DNA of 64,000 nucleotides from Bacteroidales bacterium (GTDB taxonomy: Bacteria; Bacteroidota; Bacteroidia; Bacteroidales; VadinHA17). Location of the stretch: positions 19,330 to 83,329 of the forward strand of contig DATGYZ010000007.1 of the NCBI GenBank assembly GCA_035297425.1, given 5' to 3'. A program made the position numbers and the translations under genes. The notes beneath the pieces are model-generated. The model saw only the letters and a list, made by a program, of their open reading frames with translations. It was not told the origin of the DNA and ran no database searches. Of this stretch, positions 46,529-56,757 are shown piece by piece; position 1 is the stretch's first letter, and each line of letters starts with the position of its first letter.

Positions 46529-47566
46529 TTATTTAACAAGAGAGATTATCACTTTTTCTTTTCTGAATGTGCCGTCTGGCAGAATGTCTCTGGGAATAAT
46601 CCGGTATTCTATCGGTGAAGTCATTGCAAGAAAAGAAAGTATATCTTCCAATTTGTCATCTGTAAAAATACCCCTGAATGAATAATTTTCAAGCTGTTTA
46701 TCTGCAAGCTCAATATCGACATTATACCATCGTGATATACGCCTGGCCACTTCTTCCATGCTGTCACCTTTAAAAATAAGCTTTCCTTCAGTCCAACCAT
46801 TGTACCTGGTGGTGTCTGAGATTGATTTAGTGATCTGCCCGTTCATTGAGACGAGTCTTTCTTCAGGCAGAATATAAATTTTTTCCCGGCTGGTCTTGTC
46901 AAAGAATTCCACTTTCCCTTTGTGAAGAACTAGTTCAACATAATCCTGATCGGGATAAGCGCTCAGATTAAAGGATGTTCCAAGTACCTTAATAGTGGAT
47001 GTAGGTGTGTTTATAACAAAAGGGTGCTTTGCATCATCTTCAACCTCGAACCATCCTTCACCGGTTAATTCAACCTTACGGTTATCTGAAAAAGGTAATG
47101 AATATTTTATTAATGAGCCGCTGTTTAACATTCCTGTAGTGCCATCAGGAAGATTAAATGAGACACGTGATCCTAAAGGTGCATAAATTGTAGCTTGTGA
47201 AAATTCGGTACCTGTCGTTTTACCCTCTTCACTAACCCTGGCTTTAAAAATCAAAACGCTGGTTAGCAATAAGGGTAACATAATAACAGCAGCTATTTTC
47301 ATGTACAATTGCTTGGCTCTTTGAAATTTCGATTTCCTTTTTTCGAGGTCTCTCGCACTTATGGTGTGGTAAATTCTATCAAGCAGACTATCCAGGTTGA
47401 TATCTTCATCAACTGGCTCACTGATAATTTTATTAAAATCATTTTTTATCATCTCCTTGAAATCCTGATCACCTGAAAGGAACATAGATTCCATTTCATG
47501 TCTTTCAGTATCGTCGGAAAGCCCTTTAATATACTTTTCTGTCTTTGACTTTTTATCCTGGTTCAT
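46529..47566 (-). CDS. FecR-family anti-sigma factor
   Basis: Single TM, FecR domain, and a DUF4974-like C-terminus (VARRISRWYNVDIELAD...FRGIF...LEDILSFL). Confidence 0.85.
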   Translation of the reverse strand: MNQDKKSKTEKYIKGLSDDTERHEMESMFLSGDQDFKEMIKNDFNKIISEPVDEDINLDSLLDRIYHTISARDLEKRKSKFQRAKQLYMKIAAVIMLPLLLTSVLIFKARVSEEGKTTGTEFSQATIYAPLGSRVSFNLPDGTTGMLNSGSLIKYSLPFSDNRKVELTGEGWFEVEDDAKHPFVINTPTSTIKVLGTSFNLSAYPDQDYVELVLHKGKVEFFDKTSREKIYILPEERLVSMNGQITKSISDTTRYNGWTEGKLIFKGDSMEEVARRISRWYNVDIELADKQLENYSFRGIFTDDKLEDILSFLAMTSPIEYRIIPRDILPDGTFRKEKVIISLVK

Positions 47567-47609
47567 TATTAATGTATTCTTTGTATAATCTTTTTGGTAA
47601 AAAAATGCT

Positions 47610-47617
47610 CAAAAGTA
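47610..47617 (-). promoter_or_regulatory. candidate -7 box TACTTTTG between the sigma and anti-sigma genes
   Basis: caaaagta on the plus strand, 44 bp upstream of fecR start 47566. Confidence 0.25.
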
Positions 47618-47627
47618 ATTAAATGCC

Positions 47628-48185
47628 CTAAAAAATGGATTCGCTTTTTAACTTAGTTTTTATAAATCGTATTGACTCAGATATATAATTATCTACGGTA
47701 CCCGGTGAAAGGCCTACTTCTTCAGCAATCTCTTTAGTTGATTTTCCTTCAGCCCTGCTTTTCAGAAAAATCATCCTTTGTCTTTCAGGCAGTTTTTCAA
47801 TAATCTTATCAACTTTGCCGAGAAGTAATTTGAAATCAATTCTTTCTTCAATTTCCTGGTTTAGAAATTTACTGTTCATGTAAATTGTCTCCTTTGCAAA
47901 TTCCTCATTGTGTTTTCTCTTCCTGAAAAGATTGCATATCTCATTATATACAATCGTATAAAGAAAAGATTTAAAGGAACTTTCTGGTCTAAGCGACCTT
48001 CTTATCTCCCATATTTTAATAAATACTGCCTGCACAAGCTCCTCAGCATCTTCTTTTGTTTTCAGGTACTTGAAAGCAAACCTGTATAGATTTACAGAAT
48101 ACCTTGAATAGAGCATATCGAAAGCCCCGGCATCATCTTTCTTCAAACGACTTACAAGTTCGGTATCTGAGGTTATAACATCCAT
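47628..48185 (-). CDS. ECF-type RNA polymerase sigma-70 family factor
   Basis: Region 2 (FDMLYSRYSVNLYRFAFKYL...AEELVQAVFIKIW) and region 4 (MIFLKSRAEGKSTKEIAEEVGLSPGTVDNYI). Confidence 0.9.
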   Translation of the reverse strand: MDVITSDTELVSRLKKDDAGAFDMLYSRYSVNLYRFAFKYLKTKEDAEELVQAVFIKIWEIRRSLRPESSFKSFLYTIVYNEICNLFRKRKHNEEFAKETIYMNSKFLNQEIEERIDFKLLLGKVDKIIEKLPERQRMIFLKSRAEGKSTKEIAEEVGLSPGTVDNYISESIRFIKTKLKSESIF

Positions 48186-48364
48186 GTACTATTCTATTAC
48201 ACTTAAATATTACGAATCTCACACGATAAATGTAATGAATAACGTATTAAATTTCTTATCTGATCTCATTTAATAACTGCGTCAGTAAAAATCATAAGCA
48301 TCAGGAGAAACCCTGCTGCTTATTAATTAACATCAGTCACATATGATTTTAAATAAAAATCAAG

Positions 48365-48372
48365 TAGTTTTG
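48365..48372 (+). promoter_or_regulatory. candidate -7 box TAGTTTTG
   Basis: TAnnTTTG 24 bp upstream of GTG 48396. Confidence 0.35.
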
Positions 48373-48395
48373 CACTTCAAAATAAAAGAGCTAGG

Positions 48396-49898
48396 GTGAA
48401 AAAACTTGATCTGTTTGTACTGAGATCATTTCTGGGTCCGCTTGTATTAACCTTTTTCATCGTGCTCATCATCCTGATTCTGCAATTTCTCTGGATGTAT
48501 GTTGATGAACTTGCGGGCAAAGGCCTTGAAATCAAGGTCCTGGCAGAGCTTATATATAATTTTGCCCTGACCTTTGTTCCAATGGCTTTGCCTCTTGCAA
48601 TTTTGCTCGCTTCGCTGATGACTTTCGGCAATATGGGCGAATTCAGTGAGCTTACGGCTCTTAAAGCTTCAGGCATACCGCTTCAGCGAATAATGAGACC
48701 CGTAATGATTCTCCTTGTCTTTATTTCAGTTATATCTTTCTTCTTCTCAAACAATGTTCTTCCTTATGCCACTGACAAGGCAAGAACCCTCCTTTGGGAT
48801 ATCAGGAGAAAAAAACCTGATATCAATATACAGGCAGGTACTTTTTATAACGGTATTCCTGATTACAGCATCAAGGTTACAAGAAAGGATCCTGTTACAA
48901 ACAAGATGGAAGACCTAATAATATATGATCATTCAAGCGACAGAGGTAATGTTTCGGTAACAACTGCAGATTCAGGCTTTATGAAACTTACTCCCGATGA
49001 ATCGGGACTTTTAATGACATTGTACAACGGGAATACTTTTGTTGAACTGGAAGAAGATAAGCCAGGTCAGAACTTCAGAACCTTCCCTTCAAGAAAAGAT
49101 CATTTTGAAGTGCAGACTTTTGTTATACCTCTTACCGGGTTTGATCTTGAACGAAGTGAGGACGGGATATTCAAAACAAGGGCTGAAACCCAGAATATTT
49201 CACAACTTACGTACTATATCGATTCGCTTAATAAAGAATATACGAGCAAAGTTGAATACCAGCTGGCAGATTTCAATGCGACAAGGCTCATGATCCAGAA
49301 AAGCTCTTACTATTACAGGAACAAAATCCCAAAAGCCGATTCCACCAGTCAGATATTACACTTTGATCCTGTAAAGATCCTTGATTCAATCGATGTTATT
49401 GAGAGACGGTCGGCCCTCTCCATGTCAATTGAAAATCTGAAAGATGCTGCAGCATACCTCTCCCTGAAAACTGAATCTCTGTATTATGACATAAAAGCTA
49501 TAAAGAGATATGAAGTTGAATGGAACAAAAAGCTCACAATGTCATTCGCTTGTCTTGTATTCTTCTTCATTGGAGCACCGCTTGGAGCAATCATAAGGAA
49601 AGGAGGATTGGGCACACCTGCAGTAATCTCAATATTCTTTTTTGTTATCTATTATGTAATTTCAATATCTGCCCAGAAACTTGTGGAAGAAAATCTGGTG
49701 AGTACATTTGCGGGCATGTGGGCAGCATCATACATTCTTTTACCAATTGGAATTTTTCTTACCTACAAAGCGACTACAGACTCAGTAATTCTTAATATTG
49801 ACACATATTTAATATTCTTCAAAAAAATTAAAGACTGGTTTAATGGTCTCTTTATGAATGGGGTAAAGAAAGAGGCATTAACTGAAAAAAATGATTAA
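48396..49898 (+). CDS. LptF/LptG-family lipopolysaccharide export permease
   Basis: N-terminus [16 protein letters not shown], a TM pattern with a large periplasmic insert, and length typical of the Bacteroidota YjgP/YjgQ family. GTG start. Confidence 0.75.
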   Translation: MKKLDLFVLRSFLGPLVLTFFIVLIILILQFLWMYVDELAGKGLEIKVLAELIYNFALTFVPMALPLAILLASLMTFGNMGEFSELTALKASGIPLQRIMRPVMILLVFISVISFFFSNNVLPYATDKARTLLWDIRRKKPDINIQAGTFYNGIPDYSIKVTRKDPVTNKMEDLIIYDHSSDRGNVSVTTADSGFMKLTPDESGLLMTLYNGNTFVELEEDKPGQNFRTFPSRKDHFEVQTFVIPLTGFDLERSEDGIFKTRAETQNISQLTYYIDSLNKEYTSKVEYQLADFNATRLMIQKSSYYYRNKIPKADSTSQILHFDPVKILDSIDVIERRSALSMSIENLKDAAAYLSLKTESLYYDIKAIKRYEVEWNKKLTMSFACLVFFFIGAPLGAIIRKGGLGTPAVISIFFFVIYYVISISAQKLVEENLVSTFAGMWAASYILLPIGIFLTYKATTDSVILNIDTYLIFFKKIKDWFNGLFMNGVKKEALTEKND

Positions 49899-51135
49899 AG
49901 AGATGAACAATTATAAATTAAATACAATTGAGGAAGCAATAGAAGACATTCGTGATGGCAAGCTTCTGATAGTTGTTGATGATGAAGACAGGGAAAACGA
50001 AGGGGATTTTATCTGCTCTGCTGAACTTATTACTCCTGAAATAGTAAATTTTATGGCCAAGCACGGCCGGGGTCTTATATGTGCTTCTCTTCCGGAAGAA
50101 AGATGCGAACAGCTTGATCTTAACCTGATGGTTGGTAATAATACTTCAATTCACGAGACCCAGTTCACAGTATCCGTCGACCTTATTTCAGGAGATACAT
50201 CCACGGGTGTCTCAGCGAAAGACAGGGCACTGACAATAAAGGCACTTGTTAACCCGGCAACCAAACCTTCTGACCTTGGCCGCCCCGGACATATATTTCC
50301 TTTGAAGGCAAAAGCAAAAGGTGTGCTCAGAAGAGCTGGTCATACTGAAGCTGTAGTTGATCTTACAAGACTTGCAGGACTGCAGCCTGGTGGTGCACTT
50401 GTTGAAATAATGAACGACGACGGTACAATGGCAAGGCTTGATGATCTTATTAAAATAAGAGATAAATTCAATATCAAGATCGTTACTATTAAAGATCTTA
50501 TCAGGTATAAGCTTGACCGGGAATCTATTATTGAGACAGGTGAGCGGGTCAGCCTGCCTACCGAAAGAGGTAATTTTGATTTTATCCCCTTCAGGCAGGT
50601 AAGCAACGGTCTTGAACATGCCGCACTTGTTAAGGGAACATGGACCAAGGATGAACCGGTCATGGTCAGGCTACACTCTTCATGTTTCACTGGTGACATA
50701 TTCGGCTCAATGAGATGCGATTGCGGATCGCAGCTGCATAAAGCGATGGAAATGGTTGAAGCTGAGGGAAAAGGAGTTGTAATTTATCTCAGCCAGGAAG
50801 GCAGGGGAATCGGACTTCTAAACAAGATAAAAGCATACAAGCTCCAGGATGAAGGCATGGATACGGTTCAGGCCAACCTAAAGCTCGGATTTGGTGAAGA
50901 TGAAAGGGATTATGGTGTTGGTGCCAACATTATGCGGGCACTTGGACTTGGCAAGGTCAGGCTTATTTCAAATAATCCGGTGAAACGCGTTGGTCTTGAA
51001 GGCTACGGAATCCAGATTGTTGAAACAATACCGCTTGTCATTGAAGCCAACCCTCATAACCGTTTTTACCTCGAGACCAAAGCAAATAAAATGGGACACA
51101 ATCTCAGTTGCTACAAGCATATTGTAAAAGACTGA
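49891..51135 (+). CDS. ribBA: bifunctional 3,4-dihydroxy-2-butanone-4-phosphate synthase / GTP cyclohydrolase II
   Basis: [10 protein letters not shown] and GHTEA (RibB half). CxxGDxFGSxRCDCG zinc site (RibA half). Overlaps the lptF/G stop by 8 nt. Confidence 0.95.
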   Translation: MIKEMNNYKLNTIEEAIEDIRDGKLLIVVDDEDRENEGDFICSAELITPEIVNFMAKHGRGLICASLPEERCEQLDLNLMVGNNTSIHETQFTVSVDLISGDTSTGVSAKDRALTIKALVNPATKPSDLGRPGHIFPLKAKAKGVLRRAGHTEAVVDLTRLAGLQPGGALVEIMNDDGTMARLDDLIKIRDKFNIKIVTIKDLIRYKLDRESIIETGERVSLPTERGNFDFIPFRQVSNGLEHAALVKGTWTKDEPVMVRLHSSCFTGDIFGSMRCDCGSQLHKAMEMVEAEGKGVVIYLSQEGRGIGLLNKIKAYKLQDEGMDTVQANLKLGFGEDERDYGVGANIMRALGLGKVRLISNNPVKRVGLEGYGIQIVETIPLVIEANPHNRFYLETKANKMGHNLSCYKHIVKD

Positions 51136-51177
51136 TATTTGTTGTAATTTAATTGGGATAGCTGCAAAGAATCAATA

Positions 51178-52137
51178 ATGAAAAATCTCAGGATAGTCTT
51201 TATGGGAACTCCGGAGTTTGCAGTTGCATCCCTGGGTTCACTGCTTATAAATGGCTTCAATGTTGTGGCCGTTGTAACAGCCCCTGACAAGCCAGCGGGA
51301 CGCGGAAGGCAGATTTCAAAATCAGCTGTAAAAGAGTTTGCAGAATACAGCTCTCTTCCTGTTCTGCAACCGTCAAACCTTAAAGATCCCGGCTTCATTG
51401 AAGAGCTCACTGCCCTTAAACCCGACCTTTTCATTGTCGTTGCTTTCAGGATGCTGCCGGCAGCTGTCTGGAAGATCCCGTTAAAAGGAACAATCAACCT
51501 TCATGCTTCTCTTCTGCCAAATTACAGGGGATCAGCCCCTGTTAACCATGTTATAATAAACGGCGAAACTTCAACGGGCCTGACAACATTCCTTATCGAT
51601 GATAAGATCGACACCGGGAATATTCTCCTGAGAGAAGATGTTCCGATTTTCTCTTTTGAGAATGCAGGTGATCTGCACGATCGTTTAATGAAGCAGGGAG
51701 CAAGACTGATTGTCAGAACAATCTCAGGATTTGCAGAAGGAACTCTGGAACCAAAACCCCAGTCTGATTTCATCACGAAGGACGATTTGCTTAAAACGGC
51801 TCCAAAGATCACTCCTGAGTTCTGTAATATTGACTGGAATAAAAATCCGATCGAAATCCATAATTTAATAAGGGGTCTGGCTCCTTATCCATGTGCAAGA
51901 ATGAGATTAAATAAACCCGGCAGCTCAATATTGTTCAAGGTTTATGAAAGTACTTTTGAAATGAAAGCGCATCATTTACAGGCAGGTACAATTCTGTCGG
52001 ATGGCAAAAGTTATCTTAAGATAGCATGTAATAATGGTTTTGTTACCATTTGCAGCCTTCAGCCTGAAGGGAAAAAGAGGATGAAGAGTGACGAGTTTTT
52101 AAGAGGCTTCCGTATTGAAGATTATTCAGCAGTTTAG
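51178..52137 (+). CDS. fmt: methionyl-tRNA formyltransferase
   Basis: IVFMGTPEFAV, INLHASLLPNYRGSAPVN (the SLLP motif), and a C-terminal Fmt domain. Confidence 0.95.
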   Translation: MKNLRIVFMGTPEFAVASLGSLLINGFNVVAVVTAPDKPAGRGRQISKSAVKEFAEYSSLPVLQPSNLKDPGFIEELTALKPDLFIVVAFRMLPAAVWKIPLKGTINLHASLLPNYRGSAPVNHVIINGETSTGLTTFLIDDKIDTGNILLREDVPIFSFENAGDLHDRLMKQGARLIVRTISGFAEGTLEPKPQSDFITKDDLLKTAPKITPEFCNIDWNKNPIEIHNLIRGLAPYPCARMRLNKPGSSILFKVYESTFEMKAHHLQAGTILSDGKSYLKIACNNGFVTICSLQPEGKKRMKSDEFLRGFRIEDYSAV

Positions 52138-52138
52138 T

Positions 52139-53146
52139 TTAGTTTACAGGCTTCATTGCTCTCAGCCAGATTGTAGTTCCGGGTTCCGGTTCTTTTCCTG
52201 GTTCCATCCTGTTAAGTTCGTACAGGCTTTTTGTCTTTATTCCGAATTTTTGTGATATCAGGTACATTGTATCATCTTTCACCGATTTATAGGTGTTAAC
52301 TCCTGGCTCAGCCTTATCACGCTTTGGCTGCAGATAGAGGATCTGGCCCGGGGTGACCTGGAAATCCTCAGAAAGCTCATTATATCTTGGCAACTCCCAT
52401 TTCAGAAGGCTGAATTCCCTCTCAATAGTCTCCCTTGTTTCTCCGTCTTTTACGATAATATACTGTATCCTGTTCTTTTCCTGGATCCTTGGTATCCTGG
52501 CTGGTACCTCATTACCCGATGATGCCATTGCAACATTACCGGCAACGTCCCCGGCATAAACCGATTTTTGATCCTGAATTTTTTCCTGTGATTTCTTCTT
52601 TCCCGCAACAGCATCCGTATCAAAAATCATAAGATTATTTTCCTCGATCTTTCTTATCAGCATGTCAGCATAGTCGGGATTTGTGGCATAACCTGCTTTC
52701 TTCAATCCGCGGGCCCAGCTTTTATAATCAGTGGGCGGCAATTCGAAAAGAAAGCTGTAACGTGATCCTGTTTTGAGAAAATCAGAATGATCTTCAAATG
52801 ATTCCGATGCACTTGAATATTTCCTGAAACATTCATTTTTACTGTCATCATCCTGCCTTACACTAGCGCCAGTCCAGCCATTGTGGCATTTAATTCCGAA
52901 ATGATTATTGGCTGTCCTTGACAGAGTGCTCCTTCCATAGTTTGATTCTATCATTCCCTGTGCAAGGGTAATGCTGGCAGGAACGCCCGTCCTTTTCATT
53001 TCCTTTATGGCAATGTCTTTATAGGTATTCACATAATCAACATCTGGCCTACCTGATGATACATATGCAACAGGCTTGTATGTTTTACATGACAACAGTA
53101 AACAAAACAGTATAAATGTTATGGCAGTATAAAGTTTGTTTGGCAT
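52139..53146 (-). CDS. N-acetylglucosaminidase (GH73-type) with two LysM domains
   Basis: ITLAQGMIESNYG...NNHFGIK glucosaminidase motif. Two LysM-like segments (YIIVKDGETRETIE.., YKSVKDDTMYLISQKFG). Start set at 53146 (lipobox LLLSCKT) because a -7 box lies inside the longer ORF. Confidence 0.8.
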   Translation of the reverse strand: MPNKLYTAITFILFCLLLSCKTYKPVAYVSSGRPDVDYVNTYKDIAIKEMKRTGVPASITLAQGMIESNYGRSTLSRTANNHFGIKCHNGWTGASVRQDDDSKNECFRKYSSASESFEDHSDFLKTGSRYSFLFELPPTDYKSWARGLKKAGYATNPDYADMLIRKIEENNLMIFDTDAVAGKKKSQEKIQDQKSVYAGDVAGNVAMASSGNEVPARIPRIQEKNRIQYIIVKDGETRETIEREFSLLKWELPRYNELSEDFQVTPGQILYLQPKRDKAEPGVNTYKSVKDDTMYLISQKFGIKTKSLYELNRMEPGKEPEPGTTIWLRAMKPVN

Positions 53147-53164
53147 CTGTTCCAGGGTTTCAGA

Positions 53165-53172
53165 CAAAAGTA
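53165..53172 (-). promoter_or_regulatory. candidate -7 box TACTTTTG (minus strand)
   Basis: caaaagta on the plus strand, 19 bp upstream of ATG 53146. Confidence 0.35.
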
Positions 53173-53194
53173 AGAAAATCATTACCTTTGTATT

Positions 53195-53686
53195 ATGAAG
53201 ATACGGGAAATTTCTTTCTCCTTTAAGGAATATTCAGGTAGTGAACTGGATAATCAGGACCTTAATCTGATCAACTCAGCCAAGGCAGTTGCTGAAAAAG
53301 CTTATGCCCCATATTCAGGTTTCAGGGTCGGTGCTGCAGTACTCCTGAAGAGCGGTACTGTTGTCACAGGTGCTAATGTTGAAAATGCTGCTTTCCCCAC
53401 AGGTATCTGTGCGGAAAGGAATGCTCTCGCAAATGCAATTGTAAACTACCCTGGCGACCAGGTTATTACAATAGCAATAGCTGCATGTACCGATGATGGT
53501 TTCACGAAGGAATTTATATCTCCATGCGGAAACTGCAGGCAGTTTATTGCAGAAGAAGAATTCCGCAGTGCATCAAAAATCAGGATTATTCTTTCAGGTG
53601 AAGATAAATGTATCATTCTTGATAGTGCAGGCAGTCTATTGCCGCTGCAATTCAATAAAGATAATCTCAGGATTGCTCTTCCCTGA
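53195..53686 (+). CDS. cdd: cytidine deaminase
   Basis: Zinc motifs CAERNA and PCGNCRQ. About 160 aa. Confidence 0.9.
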   Translation: MKIREISFSFKEYSGSELDNQDLNLINSAKAVAEKAYAPYSGFRVGAAVLLKSGTVVTGANVENAAFPTGICAERNALANAIVNYPGDQVITIAIAACTDDGFTKEFISPCGNCRQFIAEEEFRSASKIRIILSGEDKCIILDSAGSLLPLQFNKDNLRIALP

Positions 53687-54368
53687 TAACCAGCTGAAAA
53701 CCTGCCCCGTGAATGTTTTTGATATTAAGATCAGGATCTTCTGAAAGAAACTTTCTAAGCTTGGTTATGTAAACATCCATGCTCCGTGCAGTAAAGTAAT
53801 CATCTGCTCCCCAAATCTTTTTCAGAGCAAGCTCCCGGCTTATAAGCTCATTTGGATTGAGTGCAAGGAGCTCAAGGAGCTGTGCTTCCTTCGGCGACAG
53901 CTTCTTTTCTTCATTACCGATTGTCAGTGTCCTCAGCTTTGCGTTGAAAATAAACCTCCCTATCTCATAAATATCTTTCTCCCCAGCCTGTGATTCCCTT
54001 CGTGCAAGAATTGCACGGATCTTAGCCAGAAGAATATCTGTGTCGAATGGTTTCGTAATATAATCGTCAGCCCCAACATTATAACCTTTCAGAACATCAT
54101 CCTTGACTTTCTTTGCTGTCAGGAATATAATAGGCACATCGTAATTGATCTTCCTGATTTCCTGGGCGATAGTAAACCCGTCGACATGTGGAAGCATTAT
54201 ATCGAGGATACATATATTGAAATTTCCTTTACGGAAGTGTTCCATCGCGTATTTTCCGTCATCTATCCACTCAACCTGGAAATCATTAATCTCAAGGTAT
54301 GATTTAAGTACCGACCCGAAGCTCAGGTCGTCCTCAACAAGAAAGATTTTCACTGCTTTGCCGCTCAT
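53667..54368 (-). CDS. OmpR-family response regulator
   Basis: Receiver domain (DD...D53-like ILDIMLP...K) plus a winged-helix domain (LSPKEAQLLELLA...MDVYITKLRKFL). Confidence 0.9.
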   Translation of the reverse strand: MSGKAVKIFLVEDDLSFGSVLKSYLEINDFQVEWIDDGKYAMEHFRKGNFNICILDIMLPHVDGFTIAQEIRKINYDVPIIFLTAKKVKDDVLKGYNVGADDYITKPFDTDILLAKIRAILARRESQAGEKDIYEIGRFIFNAKLRTLTIGNEEKKLSPKEAQLLELLALNPNELISRELALKKIWGADDYFTARSMDVYITKLRKFLSEDPDLNIKNIHGAGFQLVIREEQS

Positions 54369-56003
54369 TTAGTTTTCCCAGTTAAAAGGTAAAAATACAT
54401 CAAATCTGCTACCCTTGCCAGGTTCACTGGTAACATTTACAGTTCCCTTGTGGGCATCAATTATCGCCCTGGCATAATTTAATCCAAGCCCGAATCCTTT
54501 TACATCATGAACATTACCCGATGCCTGCCTGTAAAAACGTTCAAATATTTTGCTCTGCACAGCTTTCGTCATTCCTATCCCCTTGTCTTCAACTGTGAAA
54601 ACAACCCCGTTTTCATTATTTCTTGTTGATACAATAATCTCAGGAGAATCGGGAGAATATTTCAGAGCATTATCGAGAAAGTTGCTGACAAGATTGGTAA
54701 GATGGTCATAATCGCCAAGGATTTCAGGTTTAGGTGCATCAAGTTGGAGGATTATTCTGCCGTTTCGCTGATGTACCTGTATCTCAATTGTCTCCACAGC
54801 GTGAGTTATGATTGTGTGTATTGAAACAGTCCTGAACTTGAAATCAATTTCCTTTTTATCAAGAGAAGCGATCTGGAGTATACTTTCCACTTTCTTGTTC
54901 ATCCTGCTGTTTTCCTTTTTGATCATTCCGACGAAATGACGGATCTTCTCCTCATTCTTAATCACCTTGGGATTTGTGATTGTGTCTGCAGCAAGAGATA
55001 TAGTCGCAATAGGTGTTTTGAATTCATGCGTCATGTTGTTCAGGAAATCTGATTTCACCTCCGAGATTTTCTTCTGGTTGATTATAAACCACAGACTGAG
55101 GGCAAAAGTTGCAAGAATAAATAATGAGAACAGCAGTGAACCTCCAAGTATCCATATCAGGTATCCAAGCACATAGTTGGTTTTCTGAGGAAATACGACC
55201 GAAAGCACGACATCCTGGTTTATTATGTTGTCGGGAAAAAGCCTGACCCTGTACTTGCTGTTCATAATCTCTTCCTCATCGGAACGTTGATATACACCCT
55301 CCTGGATTGTGCCGTTTTTAATAATGGCATATTCGAAAGGTGTCTCTATTCCTGCATAACTGAATGATCTCCTGATCGCACCTTCAATTTCGCTATTGTC
55401 AAGCTCCAGGGTTTTCTCCCATGCATATATATCTGCGATCATCTGATCGCTCAGGTTCTGGAACTCATATGCCCTGCGGCGGAGCCAGCTGAGAAATTCA
55501 TTCTGCCTTACATAAACTGATTCTGCAATCGAATTATCGAGGTCGTCATGGAAGATCTTCATCGGCCCGCTATTATCAGGAGAAGCAATATACTGCGAAA
55601 CAGTATCAGTTACTATTGAAGAGTCCCCGTCAAAGATTATGGCCCTGTTACGTGTTGTGACTGTTGCTGAATCGGCATTACCTGTAATAGTCTGGTTCAT
55701 TATGTTAAGGCTCATCTTATTGCCTTCACCGGCCGAATAGCTCTCAATGCTCATATAACCTGAGATATCGAGGGAATCATCGAAATACATAGGTTCTTCC
55801 ATCAACAGGTCACTGAAAAAGTTCATCTTCCGGGAGGCTTCTATGTTGGCAGCTGCATTGTTGAGGCTTATTGCAACAGCATTATTGAAACTCTCATTCT
55901 GAATGTTAACTGCATTCTTTATCCAAACAATCTGGACCCAGATAATGCCCACGATTGAGAACAGCATCATTATTATAAGAGTTGTGAATCTTAGCCTGTT
56001 CAT
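54369..56003 (-). CDS. sensor histidine kinase
   Basis: Two TM segments, H-box FLNNMTHEFKTPIATI, N box LDNALKY, and G boxes DKGIGM / GFGLGL. Abuts the response-regulator start with no gap. Confidence 0.9.
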   Translation of the reverse strand: MNRLRFTTLIIMMLFSIVGIIWVQIVWIKNAVNIQNESFNNAVAISLNNAAANIEASRKMNFFSDLLMEEPMYFDDSLDISGYMSIESYSAGEGNKMSLNIMNQTITGNADSATVTTRNRAIIFDGDSSIVTDTVSQYIASPDNSGPMKIFHDDLDNSIAESVYVRQNEFLSWLRRRAYEFQNLSDQMIADIYAWEKTLELDNSEIEGAIRRSFSYAGIETPFEYAIIKNGTIQEGVYQRSDEEEIMNSKYRVRLFPDNIINQDVVLSVVFPQKTNYVLGYLIWILGGSLLFSLFILATFALSLWFIINQKKISEVKSDFLNNMTHEFKTPIATISLAADTITNPKVIKNEEKIRHFVGMIKKENSRMNKKVESILQIASLDKKEIDFKFRTVSIHTIITHAVETIEIQVHQRNGRIILQLDAPKPEILGDYDHLTNLVSNFLDNALKYSPDSPEIIVSTRNNENGVVFTVEDKGIGMTKAVQSKIFERFYRQASGNVHDVKGFGLGLNYARAIIDAHKGTVNVTSEPGKGSRFDVFLPFNWEN

Positions 56004-56076
56004 GATGCAAAAATAAATGTTTAAGATATACCCGGCTAAAATTTAACTTTTCGTTAACTATGAGGATGTTATGCCA

Positions 56077-56748
56077 TTACTGAACTGGGAAATGATGCCA
56101 TATATCTCCTTCCGGAAAATGAGCGATTATTGTCACAGGCTCGTTCTTAACAGGATGTAGAAATTCAATCTTTCTTGAAAGAAGGCTTATACCGCCATCT
56201 TCGTTTGATCTTGAGAATCCATATTTCAGGTCTCCTTTTATGGGGCAGCCTATGCTTGCAAGCTGCGCCCTAATCTGGTGGTGCCTTCCGGTATGAAGCT
56301 CCACTTCAAGCAAATAAAACTTGTCAGATCTTGCTATAAGCCTGTATGTAAGGCTTGCTTTTTTTGAACCTTTAACTTCAGAATCATAGACATATGTCTT
56401 ATTCTGGTTTTCATTCTTTTTCAGGTAACTCGTCAGGGTATCCTCGTCTTTTGGTGGCCTTTCCTTTACAATTGCAAGGTATGTCTTCCTGATCTTTCCC
56501 TCGCTGAACATCCTGTTAAGTCTTTCAAGCGCTTTTGATGTACGTGCAAAAAGCATCGCGCCGCTCACAGGGCGGTCGAGCCTGTGTACAACTCCAAGAA
56601 AGACATCGCCTTTCTTGTCATACTTCCTGGCAATATACTTTTTTATTTCATCTTCAAGGGGCTTATCACCTGTCTTGTCACCCTGTGACAGATCGGACGA
56701 TCTCTTATAAACTGCTATAATATGATTATCTTCGTAAAGGACTTCCAT
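56077..56748 (-). CDS. RluA-family pseudouridine synthase
   Basis: Catalytic HRLDRPVSG and the HTGRHHQIRAQL motif. Confidence 0.85.
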   Translation of the reverse strand: MEVLYEDNHIIAVYKRSSDLSQGDKTGDKPLEDEIKKYIARKYDKKGDVFLGVVHRLDRPVSGAMLFARTSKALERLNRMFSEGKIRKTYLAIVKERPPKDEDTLTSYLKKNENQNKTYVYDSEVKGSKKASLTYRLIARSDKFYLLEVELHTGRHHQIRAQLASIGCPIKGDLKYGFSRSNEDGGISLLSRKIEFLHPVKNEPVTIIAHFPEGDIWHHFPVQ

Positions 56749-56757
56749 TCAGTATAT

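Noticed and set aside
49700-49903. FMN riboswitch upstream of ribBA
   Set aside because: The ribBA start overlaps the end of the lptF/G gene by 8 nt, so there is no non-coding leader in which a riboswitch could sit.
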